Origin: Patescibacteria group bacterium
GTDB lineage: Bacteria > Patescibacteriota > Patescibacteriia > UBA1558 > GWA2-36-10
Direction of reading: 5' to 3'
Assembly (NCBI GenBank): GCA_018062885.1
Contig: JAGORJ010000002.1
Coordinates: 1 to 53,567 of the forward strand
Length of the DNA stretch: 53,567 bases
Below, in pieces: positions 45,888 through 53,567 of the stretch; the first letter of the stretch is position 1; the number at the start of each line of letters is the position of its first letter. Under the pieces are notes generated by a model. That model was not told the DNA's origin and ran no database searches. It saw only the letters and a program-made list of their open reading frames with translations. The position numbers and the translations under genes were made by a program.

Positions 45888-46751
45888 ATGGCCAATCGAC
45901 ATTTAGCTAGAACTTTAGCTTTACAATCTTTATTTGAATGGGATTTCAAACAAGGACAGGTTGAGGCGCCAGAAATTTTGCAAAAGAACCACGATGAATT
46001 TGCGCCGGATTTTGATGATCAAGGTTTTGCTGACAATTTAGTCAAACAAGTTGTCAGTCAGCAAAAAGAGCTTGATGCTATGATCAAAAAATTTGCTCCT
46101 GAGTGGCCTCTCGATCACATTACTTTAGTTGATCGCAATGTTTTGCGTATCGGTATTTATGAGCTTAAGATGAATGCTGAGATACCACCTAAAGTTGCTA
46201 TCAATGAAGCGATAGAACTTGCCAAAGCTTTTGGTGGGGATGCTTCAGGTAAATTTGTAAATGGTGTTTTGGGTAGCATCTATAAAGAAATGACCAAAAA
46301 TGGGGAAAAACAAGCCCTAGAAACCCAAGGTATCAAAGAAGTTTCCTCTGGCGGTTTGATTTATCGCAAGAGTGATGATGGTTATTATTTTGTTTTGATT
46401 TTGGATGCCTACGGCAAATGGACTTTTCCCAAAGGCAAAGTTAATGGTACGGATAGTTTAGAAGATACAGCAGTCAGAGAATTAGAAGAAGAAACTGGTT
46501 TGCACAATTTAGAAATTATTGATTACTTGGGTGAGACCCAAGTGAAAGTGCATAAACCAAATGAAACTCCTTATCGTAAAATGATAAAATATTTTTTGAT
46601 TTTTACCAATCAAACAGAACTCAAAGTTCCTAATGTCACTGAACTCAAAGATGTGAAGTGGTTTTCCAAAGAAGAAGTGAAAAAGAATTTGGGTTATGAA
46701 AATGCCCAAGACATTTTTGCTGAGGGTTTGAAAAAATTAAAACTAGACTAA
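45888..46751 (+). CDS. nusB: NusB antitermination factor fused to a C-terminal NUDIX hydrolase domain
   Basis: 287 aa. Residues ~1-135 are NusB-like (RHLARTLALQSLFEWDF...DRNVLRIGIYEL...AINEAIELAKAFGG..SGKFVNGVLG). Residues ~150-287 carry the Nudix box GKVNGTDSLEDTAVRELEEETGL. Confidence 0.85.
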   Translation: MANRHLARTLALQSLFEWDFKQGQVEAPEILQKNHDEFAPDFDDQGFADNLVKQVVSQQKELDAMIKKFAPEWPLDHITLVDRNVLRIGIYELKMNAEIPPKVAINEAIELAKAFGGDASGKFVNGVLGSIYKEMTKNGEKQALETQGIKEVSSGGLIYRKSDDGYYFVLILDAYGKWTFPKGKVNGTDSLEDTAVRELEEETGLHNLEIIDYLGETQVKVHKPNETPYRKMIKYFLIFTNQTELKVPNVTELKDVKWFSKEEVKKNLGYENAQDIFAEGLKKLKLD

Positions 46752-46762
46752 TTTAAACAGTT

Positions 46763-47455
46763 ATGGAAAAAAATTTTAAGGAGCTAGAAAAAATTCTCAA
46801 AGTCACTTTCAAAGATCGTGATTTTTTGAAATCAGCTTTAGTCCATAGATCTTATTTGAATGAGCACAAAGATTTTGTGTTAGACCACAATGAAAGAATG
46901 GAGTTTTTGGGTGACGCAGTTTTGGAGCTGGTAGTGACTGACTATTTATTTCACAACTATCAAGAAGCCGAAGGTGTTTTGACCAATTGGCGTTCTAGTT
47001 TGGTCAACCGAGACCAATTAGCCCAGGCAGCGGAGAACTTAGGTTTATATGATTGGTTATATATGAGTCGCGGTGAGGCCAAAGATGAAAATAAAAAAGC
47101 GCGCAGCTATATTTTGGCTAATACTTTTGAGGCAATGATCGGAGCAATCTATTTGGATCAAGGTTACAAGGCAGCAGAAGTATTTGTCAAAGAAAATTTG
47201 ATTATCAATTTGGCGCAAATTATTGCTGAAAAGTCATATATTGATGCCAAAACCAATTTTCAAGAAAAAGCCCAAGAAATAGTGGGTATTACCCCAAATT
47301 ATCGGGTTTTATCAGAGTCTGGGCCAGATCACAATAAAAAATTTGTCGTTGGTGTTTACCTAGATAAAGAGCTAATAGCCAAGGGAGAGGGCCTGAGTAA
47401 GCAAGAAGCACAAACTGCGGCAGCAGCAAGAGCTCTAGAACAAAAGTCTTGGTAA
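46763..47455 (+). CDS. rnc: Ribonuclease III
   Basis: 230 aa. Signature ERMEFLGDAVL, ANTFEAMIGAIYLD and a C-terminal dsRBD (DAKTNFQE...GPDHNKKF...GEGLSKQEAQTAAA). Confidence 0.93.
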   Translation: MEKNFKELEKILKVTFKDRDFLKSALVHRSYLNEHKDFVLDHNERMEFLGDAVLELVVTDYLFHNYQEAEGVLTNWRSSLVNRDQLAQAAENLGLYDWLYMSRGEAKDENKKARSYILANTFEAMIGAIYLDQGYKAAEVFVKENLIINLAQIIAEKSYIDAKTNFQEKAQEIVGITPNYRVLSESGPDHNKKFVVGVYLDKELIAKGEGLSKQEAQTAAAARALEQKSW

Positions 47456-47496
47456 GAGGTCTATACTTGACAGAAAAGCACGCCTGTGTTACTTTC

Positions 47497-47678
47497 TGTA
47501 TAGATTCGCCCTTTTGTCAGCAATTTGCTAAATACTCTTTCAAGTGTAAAGATCATAATTTAAGCCATTGGCTTATTAATAGATTTCGGCTGGTTGCTGC
47601 CCAGCTGGAGCACGCCTTCTCACAACATGAGAAGGAGGGGGAGAGAAGCCGTCGGTTCATCTGGGCCGGCGGTTTTTT
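47497..47678 (+). ncRNA. Candidate structured small RNA 1 (unknown family)
   Basis: Possible TTGACA (47467-47472)-17-TACTTT promoter. Several perfect hairpins: TAAGCC-ATT-GGCTTA and CCTTCTCA-CAACA-TGAGAAGG. Ends in the intrinsic terminator at 47649-47678. The 5' end is a guess. Confidence 0.4.
47649..47678 (+). terminator. Intrinsic terminator (CCGTCGG...CCGGCGG plus TTTTTT)
   Basis: 7-bp GC-rich stem at 47649-47655/47666-47672, with a T6 run at 47673-47678. Confidence 0.7.
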
Positions 47679-47681
47679 CAT

Positions 47682-47708
47682 TTGACATTTTTTTTGCCCT
47701 AGTATAAT
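47682..47708 (+). promoter_or_regulatory. Near-consensus sigma70-type promoter (TTGACA-15 nt-TATAAT) immediately after the first terminator
   Basis: TTGACA at 47682-47687 and TATAAT at 47703-47708. The spacer is 15 nt, or 16 if TTTGAC is used. Confidence 0.6.
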
Positions 47709-47714
47709 CTTTAT

Positions 47715-47874
47715 ACATCATCTCGTCCTTCCGTTGCTGGACTGGTGGTGACAGAGCTGTGTGATCTATCTAAGTCGTTCCTTGCTGACGGCCAAAATTT
47801 TCACCTCACGTGCTTTTGTCACCACCGGTCTCCTTTCATCAAGCCCCTAGCTTCGGTTAGTGGGTTTTATTTTT
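47715..47874 (+). ncRNA. Candidate structured small RNA 2 (unknown family), about 160 nt, promoter-to-terminator unit
   Basis: A 15-bp long-range helix pairs 47739-47753 with 47817-47832. Two hairpins share a loop motif (GTCCTTCCGTTGCTGGAC at 47725-47742; GTCGTTCCTTGCTGAC at 47774-47789). Terminator with a C(UUCG)G tetraloop plus U-run. No ORF with a start signal. Confidence 0.5.
47844..47874 (+). terminator. Intrinsic terminator with UUCG tetraloop (CCCCTAGC-TTCG-GTTAGTGGG plus T-run)
   Basis: Stem with one bulge, read by hand. Followed by TTTTATTTTT. Confidence 0.7.
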
Positions 47875-47926
47875 GTTAAAATTTTTTGCTTTTTCTTTTC
47901 CTCAAAAATATGATAAAATAGCCTAT

Positions 47927-50500
47927 ATGTATTTGGAAAAATTAGAAATTCAAGGCTTCAAATCTTTTGCTAGAGCCAGCACTCTGATATTTAATCGTGA
48001 GTTGACCGCTATCGTTGGTCCCAATGGTTCTGGCAAGTCCAATATTGCTGATGCTGTCAGATGGGTTTTGGGGGAACAGAGCGTCAAAACTTTGCGTGGC
48101 AAAAAGTCTGATGATGTTATTTTTGCTGGCTCGGATAAGAAAGCTAGGCTGGGTTATGCTCAAGTAGATTTGTATTTGAACAATCATGATAGACTAGCTG
48201 ATATTGATTATGAGCAAATAGTTATTTCTCGTAAGATAGACAGAAATGGTGAGAGTGAATATTTGGTCAACAACAACAAAGTTCGTTTATTGGATGTGCA
48301 GTTGCTACTAGCACAGGCAAACTTTGGTCAAAAAACTTATAGCGTCATTGGTCAGGGGATGATTGATTCTATTTTGACTTCGTCTTCGGCTGAACGCAAA
48401 GAATTTTTTGACGAAGCCACTGGTGTCAAACAATTTCAAATCAAAAAAGATCAGGCTATTTCTAAACTAGAACACTCCAAAGAAAATTTGGAACAGACGG
48501 CCAAAATTTTGGCTGAGCTTGAGCCTCGTCTCAAGTCTTTGGGTAGGCAAGTGAATAAGCTGGAGCGTCGCGAAAGTTTGGAGCAGGAGCTGAAAAGTTT
48601 GCAAAATAATTATTATAGTTTTTTGTTTTTTAATTTAGATAAAGATTTAGGAAAAAAGCTAGGTGAATTTGATCGATTAAAAAAAATAGTTTCAGACTTA
48701 AACCAAGACTTAGTAGATTTGCAAACCAATTTGGATAGACACGCCAAGTCTGATTCTCGTCAAGAAAAGTTTGAAACTTTGCAGGCTAAGCTAAGGCAGG
48801 CACAAAGTGAATTGAATATTTTGTTGAAAAACAAAGTTATTTTGGAAGCAAAGTCAGACCTAAAGCTTTTGTCTGGTGGACAAGCAGATCTAGTATGGCT
48901 AAGAAACAGAGTAGAAGAATTATTGAGTTTAGTGGCAAAAAACAAATTGTTATTGCAAGAAAAAAATAAAGAATTAGTTGTCAGACAAGATTTATTGTCC
49001 GAGCTTGAAACTAAGCAACAAGGCATTTTAAATGAGTTTAAAGAACTAGAAAAAAAACTAAGTGCGCAACAAGATTTTTCTCCAAACAAAATAGTACTTG
49101 AGCTAGAAAAGATTGCTGAGCAACAAGATGCTTTGTGTGAAAATATTTTTCAGCAGACAAATATCACTGAGCTTTTGAATTTAAAAAATATTTTTGTGTC
49201 CTTGCAGACAGCTACCAAAAAATTATTGGACAACCTCAAACAAAGTCCAGACGATAAAAAAATAAATTGGCAACTGGAGTTTAATAAACTTTTAGGTCAA
49301 AAAGATAACTTGGTCTCTGAGGTCAATGAAGCAAAAACCGAAGTGACTGTTTTAAAAAACAATTTGCAGCAACTAGAACAAGTGATAGGCGCTCAAGAAC
49401 AAGAAATAAATAAATTAGAGCTTGAACTAAAAAATAAAACTGAAAATAAAACAGCCAACAGTGACAATACTCAAGAGCTTGAGCAATTAAATACTGCGAT
49501 CATTGAGCAAGAAAAAACTTTGGCAGATTTAGCACACAATATAGCAGAGTTTAACAACCAAGAAGAAGCGGTGAAATTATCTTTATTAGATGATCAAAAA
49601 AGATTTAGAGCCTTACAGTCTGAATTTAATTTAAAAAACAATGAGCTTAATGAAATTAAAATTTCTTTAGCCAGACTTGAAACAAAAAAAGAAGATTTAG
49701 AGACAGAACTAGCAGAAGAAGTTTCTCATTTTGAAAAAATAAGTTTTGATGAAAATTTGGAAATTGAAAGTAGTAGGCAAAAAATAAATAGTTTGAAAAA
49801 TCAGCTGAGTCAAATCGGCTCTATTGATGAAACTGTGGTGACTGAATTCAAAGAAGTTGACGAGCGTTTTAATTTTTTAAATACCCAAAGTCAGGACTTG
49901 CAAGAAGCTATCAAACACTTAGAAAAAATTATCAAAGATTTGGAAATAAACATTTCTCAACAGTTTGATGACTCATTTCAAAGTATCAATAATTTATTTG
50001 GTAAATATTTTAAACAATTATTTAATGGTGGCAAAGCCCAGTTAATTTTGGACATCAAAGAAGTGCCCTTAGATAATCTTGTGTCTGAGGCAAGTATTGG
50101 AGAGGTGGTTGACGCTGACCATCTGGCTTTGAAAACTAAGAAACAATATGGCATTGAAATCTTAGCGACGCCTCCCGGTAAAAAACTTTCGGGTATCAAT
50201 ATGTTGTCCGGCGGAGAAAAAGCTTTGACTTCAATTGCCTTGATTTGTGCGATTATTGCCAACAATCCTTCACCATTTGTGGTCTTGGATGAGGTGGATG
50301 CGGCTTTGGATGAGGCTAATTCCATTCGTTTGGCTGATATTTTGCATGAATTATCAGATAAAACTCAGTTTATCGGTATTACCCACAATCGGGCTTTGAT
50401 GCACAAGGCAAAAATCATCTACGGCGTCACTATGGGCGATGATGGTATTTCTAGCTTATTGTCCATGGATTTCTCTCAAGCTGACGAGTTGGTGGCTTAA
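47927..50500 (+). CDS. smc: SMC-family chromosome condensation ATPase, unusually short (858 aa from the ATG at 47927)
   Basis: MYLEKLEIQGFKSF start and Walker A GPNGSGKSN. Long heptad-rich middle. C-terminal signature LSGGEKALTSIAL and Walker B FVVLDEVDAALD. The track start (47873) lies within the T-run of the upstream terminator (47844-47874), so the ATG at 47927 is preferred. Confidence 0.85.
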   Translation: MYLEKLEIQGFKSFARASTLIFNRELTAIVGPNGSGKSNIADAVRWVLGEQSVKTLRGKKSDDVIFAGSDKKARLGYAQVDLYLNNHDRLADIDYEQIVISRKIDRNGESEYLVNNNKVRLLDVQLLLAQANFGQKTYSVIGQGMIDSILTSSSAERKEFFDEATGVKQFQIKKDQAISKLEHSKENLEQTAKILAELEPRLKSLGRQVNKLERRESLEQELKSLQNNYYSFLFFNLDKDLGKKLGEFDRLKKIVSDLNQDLVDLQTNLDRHAKSDSRQEKFETLQAKLRQAQSELNILLKNKVILEAKSDLKLLSGGQADLVWLRNRVEELLSLVAKNKLLLQEKNKELVVRQDLLSELETKQQGILNEFKELEKKLSAQQDFSPNKIVLELEKIAEQQDALCENIFQQTNITELLNLKNIFVSLQTATKKLLDNLKQSPDDKKINWQLEFNKLLGQKDNLVSEVNEAKTEVTVLKNNLQQLEQVIGAQEQEINKLELELKNKTENKTANSDNTQELEQLNTAIIEQEKTLADLAHNIAEFNNQEEAVKLSLLDDQKRFRALQSEFNLKNNELNEIKISLARLETKKEDLETELAEEVSHFEKISFDENLEIESSRQKINSLKNQLSQIGSIDETVVTEFKEVDERFNFLNTQSQDLQEAIKHLEKIIKDLEINISQQFDDSFQSINNLFGKYFKQLFNGGKAQLILDIKEVPLDNLVSEASIGEVVDADHLALKTKKQYGIEILATPPGKKLSGINMLSGGEKALTSIALICAIIANNPSPFVVLDEVDAALDEANSIRLADILHELSDKTQFIGITHNRALMHKAKIIYGVTMGDDGISSLLSMDFSQADELVA

Positions 50501-50596
50501 AGAGCCTATAATTGACAAAATTTAAATAATATAGTAGCATAAAGTCCATCACGGGACAGCTCTCTTTATTAAAAAGAGAATTAAAGAATAAGAAAA

Positions 50597-51037
50597 ATGT
50601 TAAAAATTAGATTATCCAGAGTTGGTAAAAGAAAAAAACCGGTTTATCGCATGGTTGTTTCTGAAAATACCAAAGATATGTATGGCGACCATTTAGAAAT
50701 TTTGGGCCAATATAATCCACACACCAAAGACATGTCAGTAAAAAATGACAGAGTGGAACATTGGTTGAAAATGGGCGCTCAAGCTTCTGAATCAGTGGCT
50801 AACTTATTGATGAAAGTAGGCTTAATCAAAACTGATAAAAAAGCTAAGTCTGTTAGCATCAGTAAAAAACGCCAAACTAAAATTGATGCTAAAAAAACAG
50901 CTGAGATTGCTAAAGATGAGGCAGCTAAAGCCGCCGCTGAGAAAGCAAAAGAAGTAGTTGAAGCTCCTGTAGAGACCGCTGAAGTGAAAGAAGAAGTAGT
51001 TGCTGAAGAAGAGGTAAAAACTGAAACTCCAGCCTAA
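50597..51037 (+). CDS. rpsP: 30S ribosomal protein S16 with Lys/Ala/Glu-rich C-terminal extension
   Basis: 146 aa. MLKIRLSRVGKRKKPVYRMVV... core of about 80 aa, then KKAKSVSISKKRQTKIDAKKTAEIAKDEAAKAAAEKAKE... Confidence 0.92.
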   Translation: MLKIRLSRVGKRKKPVYRMVVSENTKDMYGDHLEILGQYNPHTKDMSVKNDRVEHWLKMGAQASESVANLLMKVGLIKTDKKAKSVSISKKRQTKIDAKKTAEIAKDEAAKAAAEKAKEVVEAPVETAEVKEEVVAEEEVKTETPA

Positions 51038-51130
51038 TATTACAGTTGACTATTTTTTTTAGAAGTTGTATATTTAGATAAAGTTTCGTGTCGAACGAAC
51101 TGTTATTTAAAAAATTATTAAAGAAAAACT

Positions 51131-51457
51131 ATGATGGAAGATAAAGATTTTCTAGCAACAGTTGTCAAAGCTTTAGTCGAAAATCCAGACGATGTCGAAG
51201 TAAAGCGTGACATTGACGAAAGAGGCGTATTGTTAACCTTAAAGGTTAATCCAGCCGATATGGGTAAGATTATCGGTAAGCAAGGCCAAACAGCCAAAGC
51301 TCTACGTACTTTATTGCGCATTGTTGGCAACAACAACAACGCTCGCGTTAACTTAAAGATTTTTGAACCAGAGGGTATGAGATCTCATAGCTCCGAAGGT
51401 CAACAAGCTAGTCCAGTTAACCCAGTCAACGAAGAAGTAGAAGAATTATCATTATAA
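51131..51457 (+). CDS. KH-domain RNA-binding protein (KhpA/YlqC-like) with C-terminal extension
   Basis: 108 aa. LVENPDDVEV...L.V...DMGKIIGKQGQTAKALRTLL (GxxG KH motif). Classical position after rpsP. Confidence 0.8.
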   Translation: MMEDKDFLATVVKALVENPDDVEVKRDIDERGVLLTLKVNPADMGKIIGKQGQTAKALRTLLRIVGNNNNARVNLKIFEPEGMRSHSSEGQQASPVNPVNEEVEELSL

Positions 51458-51520
51458 AATTCAAGACAATATAGATAAAACCGCACCACAAAGTGTGGTT
51501 TTATTTTACAAATTTATTTT

Positions 51521-52204
51521 ATGAAAAAAGCAAGTATTAATTTTGATTTATTAACTATTTTCCCCGAGTGTTTGGACAGCTATTTTAATAGTTCGATTTT
51601 AGCACGGGCGCAAAAAAATAATTTGATTAAAATTTCTACGCATGATATCCGTGAGCAAGCAGACAATAAACACAACCGAGTAGATGAGCCACCTTATGGT
51701 GGGGGACCAGGTATGGTTTTGCAAATTGAGCCAGTTTATAAAACTTTAAAAAAAGTTTATCCAAAAAAAAATAATTCTACGCAAGTTATTTTATTAACTC
51801 CTCGCGGTGAGACTTTGACACAAAATAAAGTCAAAGAATTAAGTAAATATAAAAGACTGATTTTGATCGCCGGGCACTATGAAGCCATTGATGCTAGAAT
51901 AGATAATTTTGTTGATCAAAAAATATCTTTGGGAAATTTTATTTTAACTGGCGGAGAATTAGCAGCCGCTGTGGTGGTAGACTCGGTCTCTCGTTTAGTG
52001 CCTGGGGTTTTGGGTAAGGCAGAGTCTTTGGAAGAGGAGTCTTTTTCTCAATTTGATGCCAAGACTAAAAAGTTTAATATCGAATATCCACAATACACTA
52101 GACCAGAAGAGTTTAAGGGCCTAAAAGTGCCGGAAATACTGCTTTCTGGCAATCATGAAAAAATTAGACTTTGGCGTGAAAAACAGGCCAAAAAGCGTAG
52201 TTAA
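51521..52204 (+). CDS. trmD: tRNA (guanine37-N1)-methyltransferase
   Basis: 227 aa. TIFPE, DDPPYGGGPGMV, CGHYEAIDAR-like AGHYEAIDAR and SLGNFILTGGELAA motifs. Confidence 0.93.
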   Translation: MKKASINFDLLTIFPECLDSYFNSSILARAQKNNLIKISTHDIREQADNKHNRVDEPPYGGGPGMVLQIEPVYKTLKKVYPKKNNSTQVILLTPRGETLTQNKVKELSKYKRLILIAGHYEAIDARIDNFVDQKISLGNFILTGGELAAAVVVDSVSRLVPGVLGKAESLEEESFSQFDAKTKKFNIEYPQYTRPEEFKGLKVPEILLSGNHEKIRLWREKQAKKRS

Positions 52205-52236
52205 AAGCCGGTTTTATAACTTTAGGTTTTATATCC

Positions 52237-52265
52237 TTGACAAAAGCTTTTTTTTGCTCTAAAAT
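52237..52265 (+). promoter_or_regulatory. Sigma70-type promoter (TTGACA-17 nt-TAAAAT) downstream of trmD
   Basis: TTGACA at 52237-52242 and TAAAAT at 52260-52265. Confidence 0.6.
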
Positions 52266-52363
52266 ACGGGAGCCTTTAAAACATTTTAAAAGTAGCTGAT
52301 TTACAAAAGAATATCGGAGTTGCAACCGAGAAAAGACAGAAGTGTTTATCATAACTATCTGCC

Positions 52364-52406
52364 CAGCAATGGGTAAATAGTCAAAGGATTAGCATTGCTG
52401 TTTTTT
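52364..52406 (+). terminator. Terminator-like hairpin (CAGCAATG...CATTGCTG plus TTTTTT) in the trmD-16S spacer
   Basis: 8-bp perfect stem at 52364-52371/52393-52400, a 21-nt loop, and T6 at 52401-52406. Confidence 0.55.
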
Positions 52407-52661
52407 CTTGAACTCCAAAGTCATAAACAGAAGAATAAAATTTTTCTGTGCGGACTTAATATTTTGGTTCAAGGAAATTATGTTTTTTGACAAATAAATA
52501 TTTGACAACTAAAAAGTGAACCGTTTTTAGTTAAACCATGTCAATTTTTTAAATTTTAATTGGTCAACTGCCTAAAGTAGCAGTTAGACCAAGTCAATCA
52601 TAATTTCGAGTAACCAATCTCGAGCCATTTATCTAAACTATAAGTTCAGATAAACAAACTT

Positions 52662-53567
<906 letters not shown>

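Noticed and set aside
47449-47685. 78-aa plus-strand ORF in the rnc-smc spacer.
   Set aside because: It starts inside the rnc stop region without an RBS. It reads through several perfect hairpins and an intrinsic terminator. The region is better explained as structured RNA.
47456-47926. Possible identity of the spacer RNAs as SRP (4.5S) RNA, RNase P RNA, tmRNA or 6S RNA.
   Set aside because: On both strands I looked for the SRP helix-8 pattern (stem closed by a GGAA tetraloop followed by AGCA), the RNase P GAGGAAAGTCC block, and a tRNA-like 3' end. None was present. AGCAAC and GGAAGG occur on the minus strand but in the wrong order. 6S cannot be excluded without a covariance model.

Overview
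This is a gene-dense, AT-rich bacterial chromosome segment. Hand-counted 60-nt lines give about 35% G+C. It spans the replication origin: dnaN-dnaA lie on the minus strand, diverging from rpmH-rnpA-yidD-yidC on the plus strand, with DnaA boxes on both sides of dnaA. Nearly all genes left of ~24.85 kb are on the minus strand and nearly all genes to the right are on the plus strand.

Main content:
- A surface-polysaccharide cluster (two O-antigen-ligase-like proteins, CapA, a Wzx-type flippase).
- recA, a RodZ-like protein, ftsK, and rpoB-rpoC (not preceded by rplJL).
- A tightly packed ruvA-FemAB-Zn-ribbon-nucleotidyltransferase-Mur-ligase operon.
- Bactofilin, and a CsoR-like regulator heading trxA-trxB-malic enzyme-gdhA.
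- rnhB, ssb, an M23/LytM protein, a large lamin-tail-domain surface protein, Hsp20 and VanW.
- rpmF, a NusB-Nudix fusion, rnc, a short SMC, and rpsP-KH-trmD.
- Three tRNAs (Arg-CCT, Leu-TAG, Val-GAC) and the 5' ~900 nt of a 16S rRNA gene.

The gene set, the largely Shine-Dalgarno-less leaders and the divergent 16S primer sites suggest a Patescibacteria/CPR-type organism. That placement is inference only.

No CRISPR array, transposase, integrase or recognisable defence system was seen.

The most unusual signals:
1. Eight compositionally foreign GC-rich single-gene islets, mostly small membrane proteins. Each has a strong SD, and the promoters and terminators I mapped for several are their own. 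Some flank the tRNA pair.
2. An M23 protein with a degenerate active site and a T9SS-type C-terminal sorting domain, bracketed together with ssb by 32-bp direct repeats.
3. A 470-bp GC-rich intergenic region between rnc and smc that looks like two independently terminated structured small RNAs.
4. A NusB-Nudix fusion next to RNase III.
5. An apparently hinge-less SMC.
6. Tandem DnaA boxes upstream of rpoB.

All promoter, terminator and RNA calls are manual pattern calls and are unverified.
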